From the IMG/VR virus record IMGVR_UViG_3300014598_000002: 64,000 nucleotides of DNA, one strand, 5' to 3'. The notes under the pieces are model-generated. The model was not told the origin of the DNA. It saw nothing but the letters and a program-made list of their open reading frames with translations, and did no database searches. How positions within the stretch are numbered: position 1 is the first letter of the stretch; the number at the start of each line of letters is the position of its first letter. Made by a program: the position numbers and the translations under genes. This DNA is from a virus. Taxonomy: Duplodnaviria > Heunggongvirae > Uroviricota > Caudoviricetes. Below, in pieces: positions 47,579-57,239 of the stretch.

Positions 47579-49648
47579 TTACTTACACTTGTTATTTAAA
47601 TAGCTTCTAATATATAGATCAAGCAACTTGCTTAGCTGTTTGTTAACTTCATCATGTTTTTGAGGGCTACGCATTTTAGAAAGATGTCGCTCAAGAAATT
47701 TTGAAGGCAACTTTATAACCAATTTGTTATGGTTGTCATAAAGTTCTTTTACCCAGATTAGCTCTTTATGTTTTTCTAAGTTTTCAGAGTGATCCCTATT
47801 TATAATGAAAGCTAGCCTACCATAATCTTTAAATAAATATGAATTTACTTGTCTATATTCATCAGCACCTAACGTTTTGTAGTTTTTGATTTCGAATACA
47901 ACTTGTCGAGATTGGTAATCAGTCAATATCCTTTTCCAGACAGGTGTGTCGGCAAGGTTTGTTGCAATAATGTCTCGCTGCTGTAGACCATTTTTGTTTG
48001 AATGGAGTTCAATATTGGTCAAATTCGTCGCAAACAATATTTTAATAGCTTTCAAAGCCCATGCTTCAAAATCAACAGCCCCTTCCTTACCTTCTGGGAT
48101 ATTATTTAATTCTTGAAGAAGAGCACCGATCCGTTGTTTTCGTTGTTCTTCTGATACGGAGCTAACTTCGATATCGTATTCATCGTGGATATCGTCAGCT
48201 GTTTCAGGAGTAATGTCTGACTCATGAACACTTAATGCAAGCCAATAGCAAGGATGTAGCAGAAGCTTGGAGCCTGGTGTAAACTCTTTTTCTGGTTCTT
48301 TTCCATCATGACAAAACACATATGATGAGGACTGCTGATTGTATAATCCAAAAAAACCAACACTATACAAACGTTGGATCACCTGAACAGGACCTTCAAA
48401 CAAAAGGATGTCCTGTAATTTCATTTTGTCATTAACTTCTTTTATATCAAATGCTTGGCTTATTATTTCAGAGGCTTCCGCGATGGTAAAATCTGGTCTT
48501 TTATTGCCAAAAAGCGATGTAAATATATCTAGTGCAGGGAATACATTTTCATATTCTTTTAGTAAGTCGTTAAGCCTGTTTTGAGATATTGTGTTTGCAG
48601 TGGCTTTTATGTCATCAATTATTATTTTTGTGCGATCGTGAGTTGCGGCCCTCAGGAAAGCATCATTTAATAATACCAAAATATCTCTCGGTCTATATAA
48701 TGTAAGCTTAAGTGCTTCTTTAAAACCCGTATTTGACTGTAATTCATTAGCGGTGTACGCATTCCAAACTCGCGTGTTATTTTCTATGGTTGAGTTAAAT
48801 GCAACTCTCATTCTGTTACAAACCAAATTGAAGAGATTGTATTCGTCCCAATGTAATCTTAATACCTGTCCTTCAATGTTTCTGGTAAAATCAGGGTCCA
48901 TTTTAGATATGGCTCTATGGATATTGTCTCTAACGAAAGCAAATGCGATAACTTTTTCTTGCAAATTTTGTTTTATATCAATAACAGACTGAATGAAACC
49001 GTCAACGATAGCAACCCCTAAATCATCTGGAGTGTATCCTTCATCTAGCCTGTCAGCAAAAATAACGAATTGATGGTTTGATTTTGAAATAGCTTCGAAT
49101 AAAACCTCTTCTAGTAAATCTAATTCAAAATTATCTGATAAATCTGATATTCTTGTAGCCGGTTTAACATCTTTTCCAGTATCAAGGATAGATATTAATT
49201 TTTTCCTTATTTTACCACTTATGTTTTGTCTTTTAGCTCCCCAAGATAATAAGTGTTTCTCTACACTTTTATAGTCTAGATCATTTTTCATCCTATAGTG
49301 GCTTGCTATTTCGGAAAGTAATTCCATATAAATCGCATAGCGCCAAGCTAGTTTGCTTCCGGCTTTAATATGCAAATAATTTTCACCGAAAAGTGAGACA
49401 ACATCTCTTAGACCAATAATTTGTTCTTCAATAGGGCTAATGGTCATCACATGCGTTTTAGGTTTTGCGTGCCAATGTTTTGACAGCATATGCACTAATG
49501 CACTTTTGCCAGTGCCTCTGCGACCTACAACTATGCATCGATCATACGACTCTAAAAGAGCTTTATAATCAGTTGTTTGCCAGAATGAGGCTTCAAGCAT
49601 TTTGGCATCGTGTTCTGCTCTGATATCCCCTAGAACGTTACCTTTCAT
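47579..49648 (-). CDS. P-loop NTPase (Walker A GRRGTGKS, Walker B VIFADRLDE) with C-terminal Mrr-like PD-(D/E)xK nuclease module
   Basis: 689 aa, strongly AT-rich. The C-terminus FEAWALKAIKILFATN...RDIIATN...RQVVFEIKNY fits the Mrr_cat-like D...ExK pattern. Has its own terminator. Confidence 0.6.
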   Translation of the reverse strand: MKGNVLGDIRAEHDAKMLEASFWQTTDYKALLESYDRCIVVGRRGTGKSALVHMLSKHWHAKPKTHVMTISPIEEQIIGLRDVVSLFGENYLHIKAGSKLAWRYAIYMELLSEIASHYRMKNDLDYKSVEKHLLSWGAKRQNISGKIRKKLISILDTGKDVKPATRISDLSDNFELDLLEEVLFEAISKSNHQFVIFADRLDEGYTPDDLGVAIVDGFIQSVIDIKQNLQEKVIAFAFVRDNIHRAISKMDPDFTRNIEGQVLRLHWDEYNLFNLVCNRMRVAFNSTIENNTRVWNAYTANELQSNTGFKEALKLTLYRPRDILVLLNDAFLRAATHDRTKIIIDDIKATANTISQNRLNDLLKEYENVFPALDIFTSLFGNKRPDFTIAEASEIISQAFDIKEVNDKMKLQDILLFEGPVQVIQRLYSVGFFGLYNQQSSSYVFCHDGKEPEKEFTPGSKLLLHPCYWLALSVHESDITPETADDIHDEYDIEVSSVSEEQRKQRIGALLQELNNIPEGKEGAVDFEAWALKAIKILFATNLTNIELHSNKNGLQQRDIIATNLADTPVWKRILTDYQSRQVVFEIKNYKTLGADEYRQVNSYLFKDYGRLAFIINRDHSENLEKHKELIWVKELYDNHNKLVIKLPSKFLERHLSKMRSPQKHDEVNKQLSKLLDLYIRSYLNNKCK

Positions 49649-50037
49649 GTATTACCCTTTTAGCGTTAAAAGGAGGGGGCAATGGCCTTTGTAGACTTGA
49701 GTTCCATTTGCCTGATGCCATCCTCATCAAACTTCTTCCGTTTTCCCGAAGAGGGGGGAGATTAATGTATCATTTTTAACGGGTTACACAAGAATATGAC
49801 TTCTTAATCTAGGAGCTGAGCGTTCTTCAGGAAAAAAATAAGCATGAATGACAGCGGTTGTAGCCTTAGATTTTAAGGTGGTTACGTTCTTAATTTATTG
49901 AATTACCAATTAACTTTGAACACTATCAATTTAGCGTCTCTAAGCGTCTCTACAACCCCTGTGAATACTGCTTTTACGCCTTTTCAACTTTGGGAAAATA
50001 ACACCAATAAGAAAACAATTTGTTTAATAGTGTGATC

Positions 50038-51723
50038 ATGAATACAGCCCTTTCCATCATTGACGCTATCACCCCAAACACTGATATCGACTACCGGCAG
50101 GAAATGAACGTCATCCACGAAATTGTGGCCGAGTGCGAGAAAGAGATCGCATTCATGCATCAGGTTCACGACTTCGTTTATGGCGACGAACGCCACAACA
50201 TGATTAACCGCCTGCTGCGACTCAACCACCGGCCGGATGACGAGCGCACACGCTTTAACAGAGCCTGGCTGGACAAGGTCGACCTTGAATGGGTGAAACA
50301 GAATATCTGGGCCGAGTACTGGAAGAAGGTCACGGATATGACAAACGTTCTGCTGATCATGCCAGCTTCCCGCCGCGACGAGTGGCGTGAGCAGTTTATC
50401 GAGGGCAAGCAGGAGACCATCAGGACTGACAGAACCGGCTACCAGATGAAGGTTAAGGAGTTCGTTGGTGTGCCGGAGTTCAAAGCAGAAACGGTCATCC
50501 CAACGATGCTCAATCTGCTGAATGACAGGCACAAATATCTCTCTGAGCGCGTGTATGGCTTGTTTAAAGCGCTGAGTCCTGCCCACAAGACCAATAAGAC
50601 GAACGGCTTTAGCGAGCGTCTGATCATCGCCAACTGCATTTCCGAGTTCTGGCGGGACAGCGTCAGCGTGAACTACCGGAAAGAGGACTACATCGACGAC
50701 CTGCGCGTCATGCTTCATTTCTTAGCACACAAAGAGTTCATCACCATCAACCGCACAACTGAGATGCTTTCAGCTGCGTACCGGGCAAACGACTGCCAGA
50801 CCGGTGACTGGATGAATGTCGACGGAAACCTGATGCGCGTGAAGATGTTCAAGAACGGCAACGTTCACTTTGAAATACATCCTGACGTGGCCTGGAAGCT
50901 GAATGAGGTGCTGGCTTACAGTATGCCTGCAGCAATCCCGGCGCCATGCCGTACTGCACCCAAAACACGGGCACCAAAAGAGTTCGGGTTAATCCAGAAG
51001 ACGATCTCCGAGCCGGTTCGTACTGCGCTGCGCGACGGGCGATTCAGCAAAGACAAAGGCGTCTGGTACTTCTCTGATTCCAACCTACAGAAGTCACAGG
51101 TGGAAGAGCTTGAGCGCACACTGAACTTCATTGGCGGCGTGCAGGAGAAAAAGCACTGGCAGTTCCCGTATGAGATCGGCCATACGCTCAATACGATTGT
51201 GGCCACCGGCTTAATACCGGATACAAAATCACACCAGTTCTACCCTACCCCACGTTTGATAGCGGAGTACGTTGCCAGAGCCATCGAGCTGAAGCCAGGT
51301 GAGAAGCTGCTGGAGCCTGAAGCCGGGCGCGGAGATCTGCTGGCCTGCATCGACGCCAATCCGGAAGACGTTACCTGCATAGAAGTCGCACCTCTCTTCG
51401 CTGATATCCTGCTTGGCAAGGGGTACACAAATACGGTCTGCTGCGACTTCATGAAGTGGTCTGAGGACAACGCAGGTTATCAGTTCGACAAAATCGTCAT
51501 GAACCCGCCCTACTCTCTTGGCCGTCACAGAGAGCATACGCTGGCCGCGCTGGAGCATCTTAAAGTCGGCGGGCGACTGGTGGCTGTACTGCCGGGTGAT
51601 GCGCCAGTTCTGAACTGGGTGTCGCTGGATAATTACGTTTATGCCAAAGGGAAGTCGTTTACTGACGAGTTTGAAGACACCGGAATCACTGTCAGCGTAT
51701 ACGTTTTCAAACGTGTAAAATGA
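50038..51723 (+). CDS. orphan DNA N6-adenine methyltransferase with large N-terminal domain (motif I EPEAGRGDL, motif IV NPPYS near C-terminus)
   Basis: About 400-aa N-terminal region of unknown function, then FxGxG-like and NPPY motifs 60 aa from the C-terminus. Motif B immediately upstream. Start at ATG 50038; the track uses TTG 50020. Confidence 0.6.
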   Translation: MNTALSIIDAITPNTDIDYRQEMNVIHEIVAECEKEIAFMHQVHDFVYGDERHNMINRLLRLNHRPDDERTRFNRAWLDKVDLEWVKQNIWAEYWKKVTDMTNVLLIMPASRRDEWREQFIEGKQETIRTDRTGYQMKVKEFVGVPEFKAETVIPTMLNLLNDRHKYLSERVYGLFKALSPAHKTNKTNGFSERLIIANCISEFWRDSVSVNYRKEDYIDDLRVMLHFLAHKEFITINRTTEMLSAAYRANDCQTGDWMNVDGNLMRVKMFKNGNVHFEIHPDVAWKLNEVLAYSMPAAIPAPCRTAPKTRAPKEFGLIQKTISEPVRTALRDGRFSKDKGVWYFSDSNLQKSQVEELERTLNFIGGVQEKKHWQFPYEIGHTLNTIVATGLIPDTKSHQFYPTPRLIAEYVARAIELKPGEKLLEPEAGRGDLLACIDANPEDVTCIEVAPLFADILLGKGYTNTVCCDFMKWSEDNAGYQFDKIVMNPPYSLGRHREHTLAALEHLKVGGRLVAVLPGDAPVLNWVSLDNYVYAKGKSFTDEFEDTGITVSVYVFKRVK

Positions 51724-51781
51724 TAGGTAAATGCTTACCTAATTTATGTAGGAATAGAGCCACTTTATCAGAGGTAAACAC

Positions 51782-52471
51782 ATGAGCGAAAAATCGAGAA
51801 TTACATTCGCCAGCGTTGATCAGGCGAAGCTGCCATTTAATTTAGTGCTACAGGGGAACGCAGGAAAGCCTGCCGGAACCATCAAAATCGACAAGGAGCT
51901 TGTGACGTTCGAAGGTAACTTTGATGAATCGGCGCAGGTTTTTATCGAATATCTGGCACGCCGTTGGAGCCAGCAGTGGAGAGACCTAGAGAAACGCGCC
52001 AATGAGTTTGACCGGTTCATGGGCGCAATGGACACAGCAAAAGAGGCTCTGGCTGCCGGCACTCCGTTAGATCTGGAGTCGCTTTTCAAAGGAGAGATGG
52101 CCTCTGCGATGTTCGCCACCATGTTCGCAGGTGAGTTCGTCCGCAGCGGCGCCAGAAATTACCTTGAGCTGGGGTACAACGTTCCTGAAATGGGCGAGTT
52201 TACCGTCACCATCCAGCGCAAAGAAGGTAAGACGCCAGGCGAACGTATCGCTGAACTTGAGGCCGTTGTGGATCAGCGTAACGGCGAGTGCGTCCGTTTG
52301 ATCAACGAACGTGATGCGCTGCGCGAAGAGCAGCTAAACAAAGGCTCGAACACACGCGCGGCCGCAGACATCTACTTCCAGTTGGTTGAGGAATGCCAGA
52401 TCCCGCCAGGCGGCTCTTTGGTTGAGTACGTTCGCGAATTGCAGGATAAAGCAGAGAGGTGCGCGGCATGA
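51782..52471 (+). CDS. hypothetical protein
   Basis: 229-aa ORF with an AGAGGTAAACAC RBS. Confidence 0.5.
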   Translation: MSEKSRITFASVDQAKLPFNLVLQGNAGKPAGTIKIDKELVTFEGNFDESAQVFIEYLARRWSQQWRDLEKRANEFDRFMGAMDTAKEALAAGTPLDLESLFKGEMASAMFATMFAGEFVRSGARNYLELGYNVPEMGEFTVTIQRKEGKTPGERIAELEAVVDQRNGECVRLINERDALREEQLNKGSNTRAAADIYFQLVEECQIPPGGSLVEYVRELQDKAERCAA

Positions 52472-52749
52472 ATGACCTGCTTGTCGAGCGAGTCTCCGCT
52501 TTTGTTAAGTCCCCGCTGGACAATCCTCTCACCCGCGGTAAGCAGATGGAGCTGGCAAGGTGGTTTCTGCATATCCATGAGCAGATGGAAGTTTTTAAAC
52601 AGTTGCCGGATCTGCCCATTACAGACGGCCATGTTCAGCAGGTGATTAACAGTCATGAAAAAGGCTGGGCGATGATTGTGCCGTGCAAAATTACCTACGA
52701 GCTGGCTAAGGAAGTGCAGGCTAACAGAGCAAGGAGTAAGGAAGAGTAA
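52459..52749 (+). CDS. hypothetical protein
   Basis: 96 aa overlapping the upstream stop. Confidence 0.4.
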   Translation: MRGMNDLLVERVSAFVKSPLDNPLTRGKQMELARWFLHIHEQMEVFKQLPDLPITDGHVQQVINSHEKGWAMIVPCKITYELAKEVQANRARSKEE

Positions 52750-52757
52750 CTATAAAG

Positions 52758-53123
52758 TTGGGTAATGCCGTTTCGCTGTTTTTTACAGCATTACTGGAAG
52801 GTTTCAATTATCGCTTTTGTCCGGTCTGGGATAATGCGCTGGATACGCTTATTGAGGAAGGAACGCTGCTTGAGGTGCGAAATGGGATCGCGCTGTTTGA
52901 GCGTGGCGCCCAGCTATATGAAGTGTTCGTCGGGGCTGGCTTCAACCACTTTGGGCATCTTATTAGCTTGAATACCAAAGCCATCGACGAGAGCGTCATG
53001 CGCCGTCCGTCGTTCCGTGTAATGGATAAGCTGCAACGTCATGTAAATGCCGAATTACTCCGCGTAGCCAAAGAAAAAGAACGAGAGCTACAGGCGATGA
53101 TTGGATCGCTTATCGCTGAGTAA
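52758..53123 (+). CDS. hypothetical protein
   Basis: 121-aa ORF. Confidence 0.45.
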   Translation: MGNAVSLFFTALLEGFNYRFCPVWDNALDTLIEEGTLLEVRNGIALFERGAQLYEVFVGAGFNHFGHLISLNTKAIDESVMRRPSFRVMDKLQRHVNAELLRVAKEKERELQAMIGSLIAE

Positions 53124-53214
53124 ATGAAGGCCGCTATTGTGGCCTTTAACAATTTGTTTTCTACCTTTTCTTATCTGTGAAAATAACTACATCCAGAAAA
53201 CAACGGAGTTAAGA

Positions 53215-53856
53215 ATGTCCCGTATTTCCAAAGCCCATATGTTTGCCGCTGGCGCTCATGGCGGCGTTGGCCAGAAAAGAAAATATACCGGTGAAGACTA
53301 CATCAACCACCCGGTTGCTGTCCGCGAGATTGTTGCCTGGCATGGTGGAACCGTAGAGATGCAGATCGCGGCGCTTCTGCATGATGTGGTTGAAGACACC
53401 CATGTCACCATAGAGATGGTTCGTGAGCACTTCGGTGAGCGCGTAGCCGAAATGGTTCTGGCTCTTACCAACATTGCCAGACCAGAAGACGGCAATCGAA
53501 TACAGCGTTTCATCATCAACGTCCGGGAGCTGCAGCAAAGCCTCGACATGCAGACGCGCATGATCAAGCTGGCTGACCTGCTGGACAATACCTCTTCTAT
53601 TGTGAGTCGCGACCCTGAGTTTTCAGCCATCTACCTCGCAGAGAAAGAGCTGATGCTGGCCGTACTCTTTGACGGCAAGGAGATTGGTGCCGATGCCGGT
53701 GTTGTCGAGTACCTGGAGAAAAAAGGCATAGAGCATTCGTTGCTGATAAACGCCCGGGCGATGGTGACGAAAGGCATTGCCAGTCTGCAACCGGTACACA
53801 CCAAACGTTATGAAAAACACAAAGCGCTGATCTGGGGCGCGTGGGAGGCTGCATGA
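53215..53856 (+). CDS. HD-domain small alarmone hydrolase (RelA/SpoT-homolog hydrolase domain, (p)ppGpp hydrolase-like)
   Basis: HGGVGQKRKYTGEDYINHPVAVREIVAW...AALLHDVVEDT closely follows the SpoT/Mesh1 HD motif HxxQxRKSGEPYIxHPLxVA...AALLHDVIEDT. Internal ATG start with a GGAG RBS. Confidence 0.7.
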   Translation: MSRISKAHMFAAGAHGGVGQKRKYTGEDYINHPVAVREIVAWHGGTVEMQIAALLHDVVEDTHVTIEMVREHFGERVAEMVLALTNIARPEDGNRIQRFIINVRELQQSLDMQTRMIKLADLLDNTSSIVSRDPEFSAIYLAEKELMLAVLFDGKEIGADAGVVEYLEKKGIEHSLLINARAMVTKGIASLQPVHTKRYEKHKALIWGAWEAA

Positions 53857-54404
53857 AGGTCGAAAAAATAGATGTTCTTTCCTTTGTGCTGACGGATTTG
53901 GAGCGTCTCGACCCGGTACGCGTAATGATTGAAAACTACGAGCCTGGCAAGGGAAGAGTCACCATCACCTGCTATGGGAAAGCGTGGACTGCTGCCTGGT
54001 TCGCGATGGGCGGTGACGATGTGCAGACGTTTATTAACAGAGTGAGCAAAGATTATTTGATTGGTTGCCTCGACCCTCAACTGCTGAGTACGGTCGACGA
54101 TGACAACGACGCAAACGTGCTTTTCGTCAAATCCGAAATCATAAAGTTGCGCAGGGAGAGAGAAATCGACGCAGAACAGGCCCGCAATATGTGGGACGAG
54201 GCAGAAAACGCTGATGACGTAAAAGAAAGCTGCTGCTGTTTCGGTGTCGGCAACGAACTGCTGAGTCTGTTTGGTGACGATCCGTGGTATGCCGGTTGGC
54301 CAACGGTGCCAAACCCCAGATACCAATACCTGGAACGTATCGTGAACGCGGTACGTGATGGGCTGAAAGAGCTTCACGATCAGGCGAGAGAAGCACTCGG
54401 TTAA
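53853..54404 (+). CDS. hypothetical protein
   Basis: ATG with a GGGAGG RBS overlapping the upstream stop. Confidence 0.5.
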   Translation: MKVEKIDVLSFVLTDLERLDPVRVMIENYEPGKGRVTITCYGKAWTAAWFAMGGDDVQTFINRVSKDYLIGCLDPQLLSTVDDDNDANVLFVKSEIIKLRREREIDAEQARNMWDEAENADDVKESCCCFGVGNELLSLFGDDPWYAGWPTVPNPRYQYLERIVNAVRDGLKELHDQAREALG

Positions 54405-54442
54405 GTGCTATAGTCAGGTGCTTTTATATTTATGGAGTAAAT

Positions 54443-55141
54443 ATGAAAAATATCCTACTGGCATCATTGTTGGTAGCATCGCCGGCTGCTTATGCAGCCA
54501 GCTTTGACTGCCAAAAGGCTTCGACAGAAATCGAACACAAAATCTGCGATAACGAACGCCTGTCAAAATTAGACGAACAACTTAGCGCTACCTATTCCAA
54601 CGCACTCAAAGCAAACCCGGGGGACGCAGACACCTTAAAGACGGTTCAGCGTCAGTGGGTAAGTATGCGTGGAAAACTCACTGGTGATAAGGCTCTGGAG
54701 CTGGCTTACCTAATCCAAATTAATGGCCTCAAGAGTTTGGATGGTTCGGCCAGCACAGCGGTGGTCAATGAGACACCGAAGCCGGTGCAGAAGCAGCCTG
54801 AAGTTCAGGAAAAGACAAGCAAGGCAGACGCAAAGCAGGCTAAGAGCGGTGATGAGCTAACTCTGGAGTCATTCCGAGCTAAGTATATTGAAGTTGACGG
54901 TGAATACTACAGCACGACATCCCTTCCCAGAGGGAGTTCGTTCTTATTCACCTGCGCCAGTCGCATTGCCGATGACCAAGTTAATGTCTGGAAGAAGTAC
55001 GCAGCAAAAGAGGGCAAGATCGACCTTTTCTTTGAGCTTGAGAGTCGAATACACACCGCGATGCTGAATGCCAATTTTCAGAAGCTGAATAGTGATTTAA
55101 CTAAAACAGGCATTTGCGATCTGATTACCGCTGTTCCGTAA
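54443..55141 (+). CDS. periplasmic DUF1311/LprI-like protein (signal peptide)
   Basis: Signal MKNILLASLLVASPAAYA, then FDCQKASTEIEHKICDNERLSKLDEQLSATY resembling the DUF1311 Cys motif. Confidence 0.5.
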   Translation: MKNILLASLLVASPAAYAASFDCQKASTEIEHKICDNERLSKLDEQLSATYSNALKANPGDADTLKTVQRQWVSMRGKLTGDKALELAYLIQINGLKSLDGSASTAVVNETPKPVQKQPEVQEKTSKADAKQAKSGDELTLESFRAKYIEVDGEYYSTTSLPRGSSFLFTCASRIADDQVNVWKKYAAKEGKIDLFFELESRIHTAMLNANFQKLNSDLTKTGICDLITAVP

Positions 55142-55196
55142 GCCAGATAAGGCCACTATTTGTGGCCTTAAACAATTTGTTTAATTAGTGGTGTAA

Positions 55197-55400
55197 TTAT
55201 TGGAATCCCAGGCGAACTAAATCCATTGGGCAGAACAGACCTTCCACACCTTCGATAGACACGCAGTCAGAACGGCGTAATTGTTCTTCTGATTTGCCCT
55301 CACCGCAAATTTCCTTGATGACTCCCGTTGCACCACTCGTTGCCACCATCACACGGCTGCCGGTAGTGATAGCGTTACGGTTGCGATCATAGGTTTTCAT
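55197..55400 (-). CDS. hypothetical small protein
   Basis: 67 aa. Motif B in minus orientation lies about 85 nt upstream. Confidence 0.35.
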   Translation of the reverse strand: MKTYDRNRNAITTGSRVMVATSGATGVIKEICGEGKSEEQLRRSDCVSIEGVEGLFCPMDLVRLGFQ

Positions 55401-55589
55401 CGTTTCCTCCTTTCACTTGGGTCAAATCATGTGTCAAAAAATGCCGTTTTCCATGTATGTGCGATTTGCAAAATCTCAAGTGCCGAAACAAATTGTTTTC
55501 ACCACCTTGTTATTCCCTTAACCCGCAAAGTTGACCGGTACTGCAATAAGCACTACTGTTTATGTATACAGTATTGTGGGGCGGGAAAA

Positions 55590-55856
55590 ATGGGCAGCAA
55601 GAATTCCAAATATGATATCGTCTATATAGGCGAAGCACTCAAACACCTGATACCAGGACAGTTCGTTTTCTTCCAACGTGAAAAAGAATACGGTGGGGGA
55701 TTCTGGCTTGGCAAAACGCATGATGATGGGTTCGAATTTGTGCTGGAGCAACCCACTTCACTTAGTTACGGGCTTGCGTATCTGATCAGATTGTCGAGTG
55801 TCGAAGCCAGGTATATGGAGTTTGTTGATGACATAGACGACTTCAAACTGACCTAA
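55590..55856 (+). CDS. hypothetical protein
   Basis: Internal ATG. The upstream part of the track ORF overlaps promoter-like motifs. Confidence 0.35.
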   Translation: MGSKNSKYDIVYIGEALKHLIPGQFVFFQREKEYGGGFWLGKTHDDGFEFVLEQPTSLSYGLAYLIRLSSVEARYMEFVDDIDDFKLT

Positions 55857-55941
55857 TCATCCCTTAAACATCTTGTTTTCTGCCTTTTGTTATTTGAGAT
55901 AATAACACCAATAAGAAAACAAATTGTTTAAGGAGTTGATC

Positions 55942-56178
55942 ATGTTCGGAACCGCAAAAGACATCATCGAAAAGCTGGAGAACTACCCAGAAGACGAGCC
56001 GCTGCTGATGGTGATGTGGCACAAGGAAGATGTAGGTGAAGTGCGACCAGACCTGACTGACGAACAGTGCGTTCAGGTTTTGCGAAAAATCAAAGAGTGC
56101 CATGACGCCAGCGTCGGCGTGAATTGGGATGTCATCTCTGACACGGCCGACACTCTGTTTCCAAAGGAGAAGGCATGA
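55942..56178 (+). CDS. hypothetical protein
   Basis: Motif B plus an AAGGAG RBS immediately upstream. Confidence 0.45.
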   Translation: MFGTAKDIIEKLENYPEDEPLLMVMWHKEDVGEVRPDLTDEQCVQVLRKIKECHDASVGVNWDVISDTADTLFPKEKA

Positions 56179-56495
56179 TGCTGAAAATCACCGAATCGTA
56201 TAAGACGGCGGTGATCAGCACCGCCCACGTTACACAGCATGACTCTGAGTGTCTGCCTAATATCTGTTTCGACCCACTAACAGATCGTGGACTGAATTGG
56301 GTACACGGCACGGAGTACGGATGGATTGTCCGCGCAGGTATGCGCGGCAACGACTGGAAAGAAGAGCTGCGTGATTACGGCGTCACATGGCAAACTATCG
56401 AGAATATCCAGAAGGTAATGGATGCCGGCTTTGACGCGGTACATTTCGACTGTGACGCTGATATAGTCGATGGTCTGGAAAGTTGGACATGGTGA
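56175..56495 (+). CDS. hypothetical protein
   Basis: ATGA overlap with the previous gene. Confidence 0.45.
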   Translation: MMLKITESYKTAVISTAHVTQHDSECLPNICFDPLTDRGLNWVHGTEYGWIVRAGMRGNDWKEELRDYGVTWQTIENIQKVMDAGFDAVHFDCDADIVDGLESWTW

Positions 56496-56507
56496 GGTAA
56501 GGGATAA

Positions 56508-56906
56508 ATGAAATATGCACCAGTGGCACTGATATTTTGGGCGGTTTCTGCTAATGCCGTATCAGTTGAGGAGCCTAACACTGTCGTGTACCCACGATGC
56601 ACGAAAATAGATCCGGAAACATACCAACGGCTACCAGGCTATAACGTTGTTATGGATATAGGTAACAAATTCAAAATTGTTTCTCCTAACGGGAATGCTG
56701 TTATTTCCTTACCGCTTGGCCAAAGCGAAAAGGATAAGAACATGTACGACGCCTCAGTCGGTGGAGTCTACTTCTCTCGTTACCACGTTCAACCGGATGG
56801 TAATTTTCTCTACTCAGCCTGGAGCGAGAAAGCGAAAGTTACAGTGCTATGCAATGGCAAAAGCGGCGAGCGCCACTTCGTTGACCCTGTTCATTTCGAG
56901 AACTGA
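56508..56906 (+). CDS. secreted protein (signal peptide)
   Basis: MKYAPVALIFWAVSANA signal peptide. Confidence 0.5.
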   Translation: MKYAPVALIFWAVSANAVSVEEPNTVVYPRCTKIDPETYQRLPGYNVVMDIGNKFKIVSPNGNAVISLPLGQSEKDKNMYDASVGGVYFSRYHVQPDGNFLYSAWSEKAKVTVLCNGKSGERHFVDPVHFEN

Positions 56907-57239
56907 CAACGACAAGTAGACAAATCAACTCGTTGACATTGGCGGTCACAAATTGAGGATTTCTATAAGAGTCCGTTGATCGCCACTTTCCCCACCCCTA
57001 CAACCTACCCCAGCCCAGGCGTGACAAGGCATTTAAGCCAATTACACCCATAAGAAAACAAATAAATAACACATCAACGTAAAGTCAACGCTTTCCCCTG
57101 ATTTGGTCTAAAAAGTTGACGTTTTCGCACGCCATCTCTTATACCCAAAATCCTGCGCACCAGAATCCATCTCTCTGCGACTAAAACGCCAAAAACGACT
57201 CGTGATACCACCCCAAAACAGACACACTCAGAAGCGCTC

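Noticed and set aside
55431-55589. N-terminal extension of the 55431-55856 ORF
   Set aside because: The extension is Cys/His-rich from AT-rich promoter-like sequence and contains the reverse-orientation motif B. The internal ATG at 55590 is the more plausible start.
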